Shown here one piece after another: positions 26,451 to 34,780 of a stretch of DNA of 60,114 bases. How positions within the stretch are numbered: the first letter of the stretch is position 1; each line of letters opens with the position of its first letter. The stretch lies in contig JBCCQK010000001.1 of NCBI GenBank assembly GCA_039024375.1, positions 1-60,114 of the forward strand, read 5' to 3'. The position numbers and the translations under genes were made by a program. A model generated the notes under the pieces. It saw only the letters and a program-made list of their open reading frames with translations, ran no database searches and was not told the DNA's origin. Source of the stretch: Bacteroidota bacterium (GTDB lineage: Bacteria; Bacteroidota; Bacteroidia; Chitinophagales; Saprospiraceae).

Positions 26451-27688
26451 TGGATAATTTATTAGAACAATCAGAAACAATTATTAGTCTAACCTCTACT
26501 AATTACATTAGAGGACTGATGAAGGCAATTGAATGGGATTACCGATTAATTGCAATTCGTGGCGCCCGTGGTATCGGAAAAACTACGTTAATCCGACAGC
26601 ATTTGAAGCAGACGGGTGCGCTAGCAAATGAAGCACTTTACGTTTCTTTGGACGATTTTTATTTTACGGAACATGGTCTTTTTGAATTAGCAAAGGCGTT
26701 TGTCAAAAAAGGAGGGCGTCGTCTTTATGTCGATGAGGTACACAAATACCAGTTTGGTAATTGGGCGAAAGAAATTAAGAATATTTATGATTTTTTACCA
26801 ACTTTACAGGTAGTATTTACTGGTTCTTCCATTTTACGGATACTCAATGAACAGGCAGACTTGAGTAGGCGTGCGCTAATATACGAAATGCAGGGACTTT
26901 CTTTTCGAGAATATTTAGAACTTACCTTAGGGAAAAAATTACCTGTCTTTGAATTATCAAATTTGCTAAGTAACCATACGGTACTAGCCAAACAAGTTAT
27001 CAATGAGCACCAGATAAAACCCTATGCTCATCTACAAGAATATTTAACATACGGCTACTATCCCTTTTTTTTAGAGAGCAAGAAGGCTTATTTGAGTAGA
27101 GTGAGAGAGATGCTGAAATTAGTTATTGAAATAGACCTCAACTATCTTCCTGAGTATAGCATCACAGACCATCATAAAATAAACCGTTTACTGTACGCAA
27201 TCACTACTTCTATTCCTTTCAAACCAAACATTAGCAAATTAAGTGGACGGATAGGTCTGAATAGAAACAGATTAACACAGTACATCTTTTTGCTAGAAAG
27301 ATGCAGATTACTAAATCTGTTGCACAGTGACCGAAGCGGTATTACCACATTACAAAAGCCTGATAAAATCTACTTAGAAAACACAAATATCATGTACGCA
27401 CTTGCTGCTAAAAACGTGCAGCGTGGAGCGATTAGAGAGACCTTTGTTTTAAATCATTTAAGATATGTACACCGAACGGAGACACCTTTTCCAAATCAAG
27501 TTTACTACCCATCTGTTGGTGATTTTTTGGTAGATAATATTGAAAACAGGTTCACTTTGGAAGTGGGAGGAAAAGGAAAAACCAATAAGCAAATCAAAGA
27601 CGTTGACAATGCTTACATCGTGGCGGACGACATTGAATTTGGTGTTCATAATAAAGTTCCCTTATGGCTTTTCGGTTTTTTGTACTAA
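26450..27688 (+). CDS. AAA-family ATPase (Walker A GARGIGKTT), resembling the widespread AAA_14/DUF4143-type proteins
   Basis: IRGARGIGKTTLIRQ P-loop and YVDEVHKY Walker B-like motif. 412 aa. The family assignment comes from memory of the architecture. Confidence 0.6.
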   Translation: MDNLLEQSETIISLTSTNYIRGLMKAIEWDYRLIAIRGARGIGKTTLIRQHLKQTGALANEALYVSLDDFYFTEHGLFELAKAFVKKGGRRLYVDEVHKYQFGNWAKEIKNIYDFLPTLQVVFTGSSILRILNEQADLSRRALIYEMQGLSFREYLELTLGKKLPVFELSNLLSNHTVLAKQVINEHQIKPYAHLQEYLTYGYYPFFLESKKAYLSRVREMLKLVIEIDLNYLPEYSITDHHKINRLLYAITTSIPFKPNISKLSGRIGLNRNRLTQYIFLLERCRLLNLLHSDRSGITTLQKPDKIYLENTNIMYALAAKNVQRGAIRETFVLNHLRYVHRTETPFPNQVYYPSVGDFLVDNIENRFTLEVGGKGKTNKQIKDVDNAYIVADDIEFGVHNKVPLWLFGFLY

Positions 27689-27692
27689 CCTT

Positions 27693-28460
27693 CTACTCGT
27701 AAAGGTCTCCATTAGCCGTCTTTGCCAAATCAATCAACAACTGGCCAATATTCTCGGCACAGGCTTGCAAATAGATAGCGCCTTTTTCCGCAGTAGCAGC
27801 GTAAGGATTACCGACGCCCGTATCTTTAGTCACCTCCGTCCACTTTCTCTGGGCGGTTACCCAACCTTCTTGAAAGGCTTTGATTTTAAACTTTTTGGCG
27901 GCCCCATCGCCAGCTTCTTCCAGTGGTCGTACCAAATCAGGAGTAACATGCAAAATAGCACTCGTTTCCATTTCCCCTGCGTGGTCACCCGGTTCGTCGA
28001 AATATTGGTGCCAATCGACGGCTTGAAACCAGTTGGCCCAACAGATGAACATATCGGGAAAATGGAAGGACATTTCCCGAATCATGTTCTTGAAGTTATT
28101 CCCACCGTGTCCGTTCAAGATAACTAGTTTATCAATGTTTGCTCTTACTAATACGTCAACCGTATCTTTTAAAATGGCCATTTGTGTGCTCGGGTTAACA
28201 TTCATACACAGCTTAACGTTTAACTGGCCCGTGTTAATACCAAAAGGAATGCAGGGTAAAACAATTATCTTAGTATCCGATTCCCAAGCTATTCTAGCCG
28301 CTTCGGCTGCCACAAAATCAACTTGATAATTGTCCGTAGCGTAGGGCAGATGATAATTATGGGCTTCGGTAGCGCCCCAAGGCAGGACGGCTACTTTATA
28401 ATCCGTGTTCTGAACAGTTTTCCAGTTCGTTTCTGCGAGGATATACGGTCTTGCGGTCAT
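27693..28460 (-). CDS. Creatininase-family amidohydrolase
   Basis: LPWGATEAHNYHLPYATD and ILNGHGGN motifs. 255 aa. Confidence 0.75.
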   Translation of the reverse strand: MTARPYILAETNWKTVQNTDYKVAVLPWGATEAHNYHLPYATDNYQVDFVAAEAARIAWESDTKIIVLPCIPFGINTGQLNVKLCMNVNPSTQMAILKDTVDVLVRANIDKLVILNGHGGNNFKNMIREMSFHFPDMFICWANWFQAVDWHQYFDEPGDHAGEMETSAILHVTPDLVRPLEEAGDGAAKKFKIKAFQEGWVTAQRKWTEVTKDTGVGNPYAATAEKGAIYLQACAENIGQLLIDLAKTANGDLYE

Positions 28461-28501
28461 TTTTTGTTTATTTTACGGATTGATAGAAATTTAAAGTTAC
28501 A

Positions 28502-28678
28502 AATTAGGCGTGTACGAAGTCTTGATAATGCTTATTTTTTGACGCTGAAGAACGCTGTTTGAAGTTATGATTTGTTATATTTTTCGCTCTGACGTGTTCA
28601 ATTTACTGTGAAAAGAAGAAAACATAATCGAAGCAGCGTTCTTCAGCGTCGAAAATAAAACCACGCACACGCCTAATT
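28502..28678. repeat. Palindromic element (~177 bp) in the divergent creatininase/amidase promoter region
   Basis: Outer arms AATTAGGCGTGT / ACACGCCTAATT are perfect (12 bp). Inner arms are TTTGACGCTGAAGAACGCTG / CAGCGTTCTTCAGCGTCGAAA. Confidence 0.75.
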
Positions 28679-28759
28679 CAAAATCTAAAAATACGGATAA
28701 TCAGAACGCTAAAATTTGAAAGGGTACATTTTTTATAACCTACGAGTTTTTAATAAAAT

Positions 28760-30427
28760 ATGACATCATCACTCCGACAGACTTTCACATTCTTTACGCT
28801 GCTAATATGTTTATTTAGCATAGGCTGCCAAAGCTACAAGCATCCTAATTTTTCGAAAAAAGATGTAAAAAAAGCGCAAAAATTAACGGGCTTAGAGTTT
28901 GCCAAGAACGAAATTGATACGATGTATCGCTACTTGGGTAGAAATGCTTTGGGCTACGATTCTCTACGGAATTACGCCTTGGATAATGAAGTTTTTCCCG
29001 CCCTACTTTTCGACCCACATCCCGACGGTTTTGTACTACAAAAAAATCAAGAATCAATTGCTTGGGAGCTGCCCGAAGCAGTTTCCCTACCGACTAATAG
29101 AGAAGAGTTAGCCTTCTACACGATTTCTCAATTAGCTTACTTGCTCAAAAACCGACAAATTACGTCCGAAGAACTAACTCGATTATACCTCAATCGCATC
29201 AAAAAATACGACAATGTACTACTTTCCGTAACGACCATTACGGAAGAGCGGGCTATTGCGCAGGCGAAAGCAGCCGACCGAGAAATTGTGGCGGGGCAGT
29301 ATCGAGGGATGCTACACGGTATTCCCTACGGTGTAAAAGATTTGGTGGCAGTAGAAGGCTATAAAACAACTTGGGGTGCAGCACCTTACAAAAATCAACA
29401 AATCGACTACACGGCCAGTGTCATCGAAAAATTGGACAAAGCGGGAGCTATCTTAATTGCTAAATTGACTTCTGGTGCTTTAGCGAGAGGGGACGTTTGG
29501 TACGGCGGCCAGACCAAAAATCCTTGGGATATTCAACAGGGGGCGAGTGGTTCTTCGGCGGGGCCAGGCTCGGCAACGGCGGCGGGATTAGTTGCTTTTT
29601 CACTAGGCACAGAGACGTTAGGGTCTATCGTTTCGCCTTCTAATCGCTGCGGCTTAACCGGACTGCGACCAACTTACGGGAGAGTATCAAGACACGGCGT
29701 GATGAGTCTTGCTTGGTCGATGGATAAAGTAGGCCCAATGTGCCGAAGTGCCGAAGATTGTGCGATTGTTTTAGACGCCATTCACGGCACAGATGGAAAG
29801 GACAGAACGGTTAGAGATGCTACATTTGATTATCCCAAAGCGGTCAACCTGAGCGAGTTGCGCATCGCTTATTTGAAGGAAAACTTTGACCGAGATTCTT
29901 CTCAAATTGGTAAAAATAACCGAAAGGCCCTAGCCGCTTTCGAAGAAATGGGTGCACAATTAATACCCATTGAATTGCCCAAAAACTTTCCATTTTCTGC
30001 TTTCGATATCATTTTACGAGCGGAAGCGGGCGCTTTTTTTGACGATTTAGTGCGGTCGGGTGCGGTGGATGAAATGGTGCAACAAACTTATCGTTCGAGG
30101 GCCAATTCTTTGCGGCAAGCCAGATTTATTCCAGCGGTAGAATACTTGCAAGCCAATCGGCATCGTAAAGTACTAATTGAAGAAATGGCTACCATTTTTG
30201 AACAATACGATGTGATACTGACGCCCACTTTTGGTCGCCAGTTACTTATTACCAACTTGACGGGACATCCCGCTTTAGCACTACCGACGGGCTTAGACGA
30301 AAAAAATCATCCGACGAGTTTGACTTTATTGGGTGGTCTATACGAAGAAGGCTTGTTACTTCGAATAGGTCAGCAATTTCAAGAGCGCACATCATTTGAA
30401 GACCAACACCCACCCAACTTCAAATAA
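28760..30427 (+). CDS. Amidase-signature family amidase, lipoprotein-type signal
   Basis: GASGSSAGPGSATAAG Gly/Ser-rich AS motif. N-terminal LLICLFSIGC lipobox-like sequence. Confidence 0.8.
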   Translation: MTSSLRQTFTFFTLLICLFSIGCQSYKHPNFSKKDVKKAQKLTGLEFAKNEIDTMYRYLGRNALGYDSLRNYALDNEVFPALLFDPHPDGFVLQKNQESIAWELPEAVSLPTNREELAFYTISQLAYLLKNRQITSEELTRLYLNRIKKYDNVLLSVTTITEERAIAQAKAADREIVAGQYRGMLHGIPYGVKDLVAVEGYKTTWGAAPYKNQQIDYTASVIEKLDKAGAILIAKLTSGALARGDVWYGGQTKNPWDIQQGASGSSAGPGSATAAGLVAFSLGTETLGSIVSPSNRCGLTGLRPTYGRVSRHGVMSLAWSMDKVGPMCRSAEDCAIVLDAIHGTDGKDRTVRDATFDYPKAVNLSELRIAYLKENFDRDSSQIGKNNRKALAAFEEMGAQLIPIELPKNFPFSAFDIILRAEAGAFFDDLVRSGAVDEMVQQTYRSRANSLRQARFIPAVEYLQANRHRKVLIEEMATIFEQYDVILTPTFGRQLLITNLTGHPALALPTGLDEKNHPTSLTLLGGLYEEGLLLRIGQQFQERTSFEDQHPPNFK

Positions 30428-30431
30428 AAAA

Positions 30432-30468
30432 CCGTAAGCAACTTTAAGGTGAGTTACTTACGGCTTTT
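30432..30468. terminator. Bidirectional terminator-like hairpin between convergent genes
   Basis: AAAAAACCGTAAG...CTTACGGCTTTT, with a CCGTAAG/CTTACGG stem flanked by A and T runs. Confidence 0.6.
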
Positions 30469-30511
30469 AGCAATTTGCCCTCAATGGAGAGCGAAAATGA
30501 TTCGTTAAGTA

Positions 30512-30742
30512 TTACGCTTCTACGCAGTTAGTAGCACTGTACTTCAAGATGTTCTGCAGGGCATTATTAGTCGGCGCAAAAGTTACTTTTGGTAACTCCG
30601 AGTAGCCTTCCATCAATGATTGATAACTGTCAAAAAGAACCGTATCTACTAATAATGCTTCTTGGATTGCCAAGGTTTCTACCGCAGAAGTTTCTTTGTA
30701 AATAAACTTAACTAAATCGTTGTTCGTAAAGGTTTGCTTCAT
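30512..30742 (-). CDS. Small hypothetical protein (76 aa)
   Basis: ORF only. It fits the convergent terminator. No recognisable motif. Confidence 0.4.
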   Translation of the reverse strand: MKQTFTNNDLVKFIYKETSAVETLAIQEALLVDTVLFDSYQSLMEGYSELPKVTFAPTNNALQNILKYSATNCVEA

Positions 30743-31051
30743 GAATAGAAGTTTAGTGATTAAATAAAGATTACGCCTACTAAACTAATTGGAATCATCA
30801 ATTATTGCATTGTTACAAAAAATTATTCGGATTTTCGGAGTAACGCCAATTTTTTATTTTTATTACGCTACGCTGATTATTTTGCAGTAGTCTCTTCTAA
30901 TAGGGGTAGATTTATGACACCATCTTAAGACCGAGTAGAGCAATTCTTAACGAGAATTTATTGCATTGCTAATAAGCTGTTAATGAGTAAATAACTTCCT
31001 CAGATTTTCTCCAGAAATGTCGATAATTGTAATTCACTAAATCGACGCCTC

Positions 31052-32182
31052 ATGAAAAAACGCTTATTTTATTTGATGTTAGCTTCTATATCTTATTCGC
31101 TTACTACTTGCCAACAGACAAAAACTGAATTTGGTGTAGCCGAAAAATACTTACCAACTCCCGAGCTATTACGCAATGGAATTGTCAATAAATACTACAC
31201 CCACGAGAAAAGAAAAAATAGCTACACCCCAATAACTAATGTGGAATATCGAGCCTATTTTGCAGGGGAATATCCCAATGAACTAAGGCACAATTACTAT
31301 AATCCTGCGATGGAAATAACAACCGCTAAAACTTTTAAATTCGAAGACGATAGTATGCTGCTTTACGACGAGCAGCGCTTCTTTATCGGGGATACGGTTG
31401 CGGCGGTTATTCAAAAGAACGTAGTTAGAGATTGGCAAAATAATACTGCTCAACTTGAAAAAACGGTCGAGCGAAGTTGGGGAAGTCAGCGGTGGGAAAC
31501 GCAACAGCAATCTAGTAGGGATACACTCATAGAGGGAAAGACCGCTAAAATTTTTGAGGGCACTACGCTTTACAGTCAAGTGAATCAAGGAAGTCAGTAT
31601 CAAAATCAATCCAAAATTAAGGAAATTTATGTTCAAGATATTGGTCTGTACAGCCTAGAGTTTAGGGATTCTCTACGTCAAATTAAAATGGAATTGGTCG
31701 CTCAGATTCCCTACGAAATTTTCCGAAAACAACAAAAGCACAGGCGAAAGCGGGTAGCCTACATTGACCCTAAAAAAGTAATGGACAAAAGCGGTGAATT
31801 CGAGTTATGTAAAACCAATAACTACATTTATGATTACTACAATGGCCAAGAAGAAGCCTATCATTATCGAGGTGGGAAAAAGGAAATGTGGAGCGTCATA
31901 AAAGAGCATTTGAACGAGGAGAAATTGGGCAACGAATCGGGCTATCTCACCTTTCGTTTTGTCGTAAATTGTAAAGGAAAAGCGGGTCATTACGTTACGG
32001 AACAAGCAGATTTAGATTTTCAAAAGAAGCAATTTTCTGATGAAACTGTGGCTCATTTATTTAAAATTACTCGACAACTTACAGCGTGGAATCCTACAAA
32101 AATTAATGGTGACTACGTGGATGCCTATTTTTATCTAACCTTTAAACTCCAAAACGGTGAAATCATTGACCTCTTACCTTAG
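31052..32182 (+). CDS. Hypothetical lipoprotein
   Basis: Signal plus lipobox MKKRLFYLMLASISYSLTTC. 376 aa. No recognised catalytic motif. Confidence 0.55.
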   Translation: MKKRLFYLMLASISYSLTTCQQTKTEFGVAEKYLPTPELLRNGIVNKYYTHEKRKNSYTPITNVEYRAYFAGEYPNELRHNYYNPAMEITTAKTFKFEDDSMLLYDEQRFFIGDTVAAVIQKNVVRDWQNNTAQLEKTVERSWGSQRWETQQQSSRDTLIEGKTAKIFEGTTLYSQVNQGSQYQNQSKIKEIYVQDIGLYSLEFRDSLRQIKMELVAQIPYEIFRKQQKHRRKRVAYIDPKKVMDKSGEFELCKTNNYIYDYYNGQEEAYHYRGGKKEMWSVIKEHLNEEKLGNESGYLTFRFVVNCKGKAGHYVTEQADLDFQKKQFSDETVAHLFKITRQLTAWNPTKINGDYVDAYFYLTFKLQNGEIIDLLP

Positions 32183-33113
32183 GAAAATTCAAAATTTAAT
32201 CCCGATAAAATCGGGACAAAATCTAAAAGTGTCAATATTATTGACCCGTTTTGGAAAACTGCTACTAATTATTTTTCACAAGTTTCCTAATTATTATTTA
32301 CTGTTTGGCTTTTTGTTTTTAATGGCTTGCCAAGATACGTCTACGCTGTATCAGAAAACGTTTACGGCTGAGGAGAAGAAACAGCTAGCTCTGCAAATGA
32401 GGCAGGGCATTGGCTATTACTATCAAGGTTCCGTTCCCGAAGTAATGCTTATCGAAGAGGGCTTATCGCTTGACCCTGATAATGTGGAATTGAATCGAGA
32501 AGTGGGTATTCCTTATTTGAAAAGAGGATTTGCCGCCGAATTTGAAAAATATTATCAGCGTACCATCAGCTTAGACCCCACAGAATGGATTGGTTGGCGA
32601 GGCTATTTGTATTTATATTTCTATCGAGATTACGAAAGGGCCATTGCCGATTTCGATGCAACGGACTCTTTAACGGTCGATTTTGTGGACTACCCCCAAG
32701 CGACTTCCGTGCATTTCATGCGAGCCATTGCTTACTTGAAACTAAAAAAGTACGATGAGGCGTTGCTGTATTTGGATATGCACTTAACCGAAGAGTTGAA
32801 AACGACGACTTTGGACTACATAGATGCTAAAACTTTTTTGTATCAAGCACTAGCTTACTACAAACAGGGGGCACTAGCAAAAGCGAGAGAATATTTAAAA
32901 ATAGGAACTGATAATGCGCCTTACAGCGCTGACTTATGGTACTGGACAGCCAAAATCGCTTTGGAACAAGGGCAACAGGAAATAGCAAGAGAGGCGCTGG
33001 AAAAAGGGCAAACGCAATTCCGAAAAGGGTACCAAAATCAACGCCCTTACGTGGAAGAGTTTTTTCAATTGTATCAATCCGATTTTGATGAGTTGCAGGC
33101 ACAGCTAAAATAG
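32157..33113 (+). CDS. TPR-repeat lipoprotein; true start probably the in-frame GTG at 32229
   Basis: Lipobox FLFLMAC and TPR-like repeats (AIAYLKLKKYDEALLYL, ALAYYKQGALAKAREYL). The longest ORF overlaps the previous gene by 26 nt. Confidence 0.6.
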   Translation: MKSLTSYLRKIQNLIPIKSGQNLKVSILLTRFGKLLLIIFHKFPNYYLLFGFLFLMACQDTSTLYQKTFTAEEKKQLALQMRQGIGYYYQGSVPEVMLIEEGLSLDPDNVELNREVGIPYLKRGFAAEFEKYYQRTISLDPTEWIGWRGYLYLYFYRDYERAIADFDATDSLTVDFVDYPQATSVHFMRAIAYLKLKKYDEALLYLDMHLTEELKTTTLDYIDAKTFLYQALAYYKQGALAKAREYLKIGTDNAPYSADLWYWTAKIALEQGQQEIAREALEKGQTQFRKGYQNQRPYVEEFFQLYQSDFDELQAQLK

Positions 33114-33213
33114 ATAGCTCGTTCTTTTTCCCTTCCAATTAATGTAGTTGCCATAACTTTTATTTGAGATACTATTGTAGTGATAGTCGTCCAAAACTAC
33201 AAAAAAAATAGCG

Positions 33214-33249
33214 TTTTGGACGATTATCCATTTTGATAATCGTCCAAAA
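33214..33249. terminator. Perfect 15-bp-stem hairpin (TTTTGGACGATTATC / GATAATCGTCCAAAA) between convergent genes
   Basis: A third related copy, GATAGTCGTCCAAAAC, lies at 33182-33197. Confidence 0.55.
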
Positions 33250-33310
33250 GTCGTTGTAGAATAACTTAGGCAACACAGAAAGTTAATGTTGAGCAGTAAA
33301 AAAGATGTAA

Positions 33311-33907
33311 CTAGAAGAGTTGGAAGTACGCAAAAATAAAGGTAAGTAATGCCGTTGGCAAATGCTCCGAAAGCGCTTTACGCAAGTTCTTAAGTGCTTT
33401 TGAAATTTGGTTTTCAACGGTTTTGATAGAAATATTTAACTGGTCAGCAATTTGTTGATAAGTCATTTCTTCGTAGCGGCTCAACACGAAGACCAAACGG
33501 CATTTTTCGGGTAAACTATCAATGGCTGCATCAATTTGCGCTTGCAGATTATCGGCGGCCAAATTTTGCAAAACGGAATTGCTTTTGCTAGCTAAATCTT
33601 CTTTGGGGGGCGCATTTCGGAAGTCAATTTTCTGGTCTCGAATGTAATTAAGGGCTTTGTTGAGGGCAGCTCGTTTGAGGTAAGCACGTAGAGAAGTATT
33701 GATGTTTATTTTTTCTCTTTTTTTCCACAACTCGTAGAAAACATCCTGTGCTAAATCTTCGGTAATCTGCGTATCGGGAATGATGCGGTAAACGCTTCGA
33801 CACAGAAAAGTATAGTATTTTCGGAAAATTAAGTCGATAGCCGCTTCCCCGTTTTGGGTAAGTTGAGTCAGTAATTCTTCGTCCGTATAATCGACTTTTT
33901 TTAACAA
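33311..33907 (-). CDS. ECF-type RNA polymerase sigma-70 family factor
   Basis: 198 aa. Region 2 (EDLAQDVFYELWKKRE, YLKRAALNKALNYIR) and region 4 (YEEMTYQQIADQLNISIKTVENQISKALK). Confidence 0.8.
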   Translation of the reverse strand: MLKKVDYTDEELLTQLTQNGEAAIDLIFRKYYTFLCRSVYRIIPDTQITEDLAQDVFYELWKKREKININTSLRAYLKRAALNKALNYIRDQKIDFRNAPPKEDLASKSNSVLQNLAADNLQAQIDAAIDSLPEKCRLVFVLSRYEEMTYQQIADQLNISIKTVENQISKALKNLRKALSEHLPTALLTFIFAYFQLF

Positions 33908-33999
33908 AGAAGGGAAAGGTTTTGGAGGAAATGTAAAATCTAAAATTTTAAATTCAAAATTTAAAAGTAGCGGCAGTTACGATATATCATATTCAATAA

Positions 34000-34470
34000 T
34001 TACAAGCGAATCTTGTTCAAGCGAGCCATCTGTCGTTTGTTGTCTTTTTCTTTGATAGATTGACGCTTGTCGTGGGTTTTCTTACCTTGTCCTAAGGCAA
34101 TTTCCAACTTAATTAGGCCTCTATCGGAAAAATAGAGTCGATAGGGAACAATGGTCGAACCTCTTTCTTTTACCCGCTTTTGCAGCTTTTTGAGTTCTTG
34201 CTTTTTCAATAACAATTTTCGCTCGCGCCGAGCTTCGTGATTATTGTAAGTCCCATTTTTATACGGTGAAATATACATGCTCATGACGTACAGTTCGTCG
34301 TCTTTAAATCGGCAATACGCATCGCTTAGGTTGACACTGCCGCCCGTTCGAATCGACTTAATCTCCGTTCCTTGTAGCATGATACCCGCCTCGAAATTAG
34401 ACAAAAAAGTAAATTCGTAGGCGGCTCTTTTGTTCACGACTTCTCTGGTACTGGTCTTTTTATCTGCCAT
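34000..34470 (-). CDS. smpB: SsrA-binding protein SmpB
   Basis: NKRAAYEFTFLSNFEAGIMLQGTEIKSIR and the basic C-terminal tail are typical of SmpB. Confidence 0.9.
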   Translation of the reverse strand: MADKKTSTREVVNKRAAYEFTFLSNFEAGIMLQGTEIKSIRTGGSVNLSDAYCRFKDDELYVMSMYISPYKNGTYNNHEARRERKLLLKKQELKKLQKRVKERGSTIVPYRLYFSDRGLIKLEIALGQGKKTHDKRQSIKEKDNKRQMARLNKIRL

Positions 34471-34600
34471 AGTTTTGCTATCAAATTATGTAACGATTTA
34501 GGTATTTGGCAAATTAGTGTGTTAGCGCATTGGGATAGCCTTGATTCATTTGATTAGTAGAAACCAAGGTGCCAACCGGCCAGTTACCTAATGTGCTAAG

Positions 34601-34762
34601 TAAGTACCTAACTATAAATAATCGTCATTTTTGAAGTGGCTATTTTTTCGTTATGCAAGGCAAAAATTCTTTGCATAGCCTAGCTACGGAAATAATTTTT
34701 AACGCAGCAAAACGGAAAAAGAGACCTTCATAAAATGTGTCGATTATTTGTGGTTAGGTACT
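34601..34762. repeat. Palindromic repeat family B, copy 2
   Basis: Outer arms AAGTACCTAAC / GTTAGGTACTT are perfect. The core TGCAAGGCAAAAATTCTTTGCATAGCCTAGCTACG matches copy 1. Confidence 0.65.
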
Positions 34763-34780
34763 TAGTTATCAAATTATTAT

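Noticed and set aside
26450-27688. The AAA ATPase as the missing ABC nucleotide-binding partner of the permease array
   Set aside because: It has a Walker A motif but no ABC signature (LSGGQ-like), Q-loop or H-loop pattern. It is 412 aa with a different architecture and lies 6 kb from the array on an unrelated transcription unit.
27540-28562. Plus-strand ORFs of 195, 97 and 79 aa
   Set aside because: They are antisense to the creatininase-family CDS or run into the palindromic element. The 195-aa ORF also overlaps the ATPase 3' end out of frame.
34471-34780. tmRNA (ssrA) next to smpB
   Set aside because: The spacer is occupied by the family B palindrome. There is no GGGG..-type tRNA-like 5' end, no tag-reading-frame context and no CCA-proximal T-arm signature.
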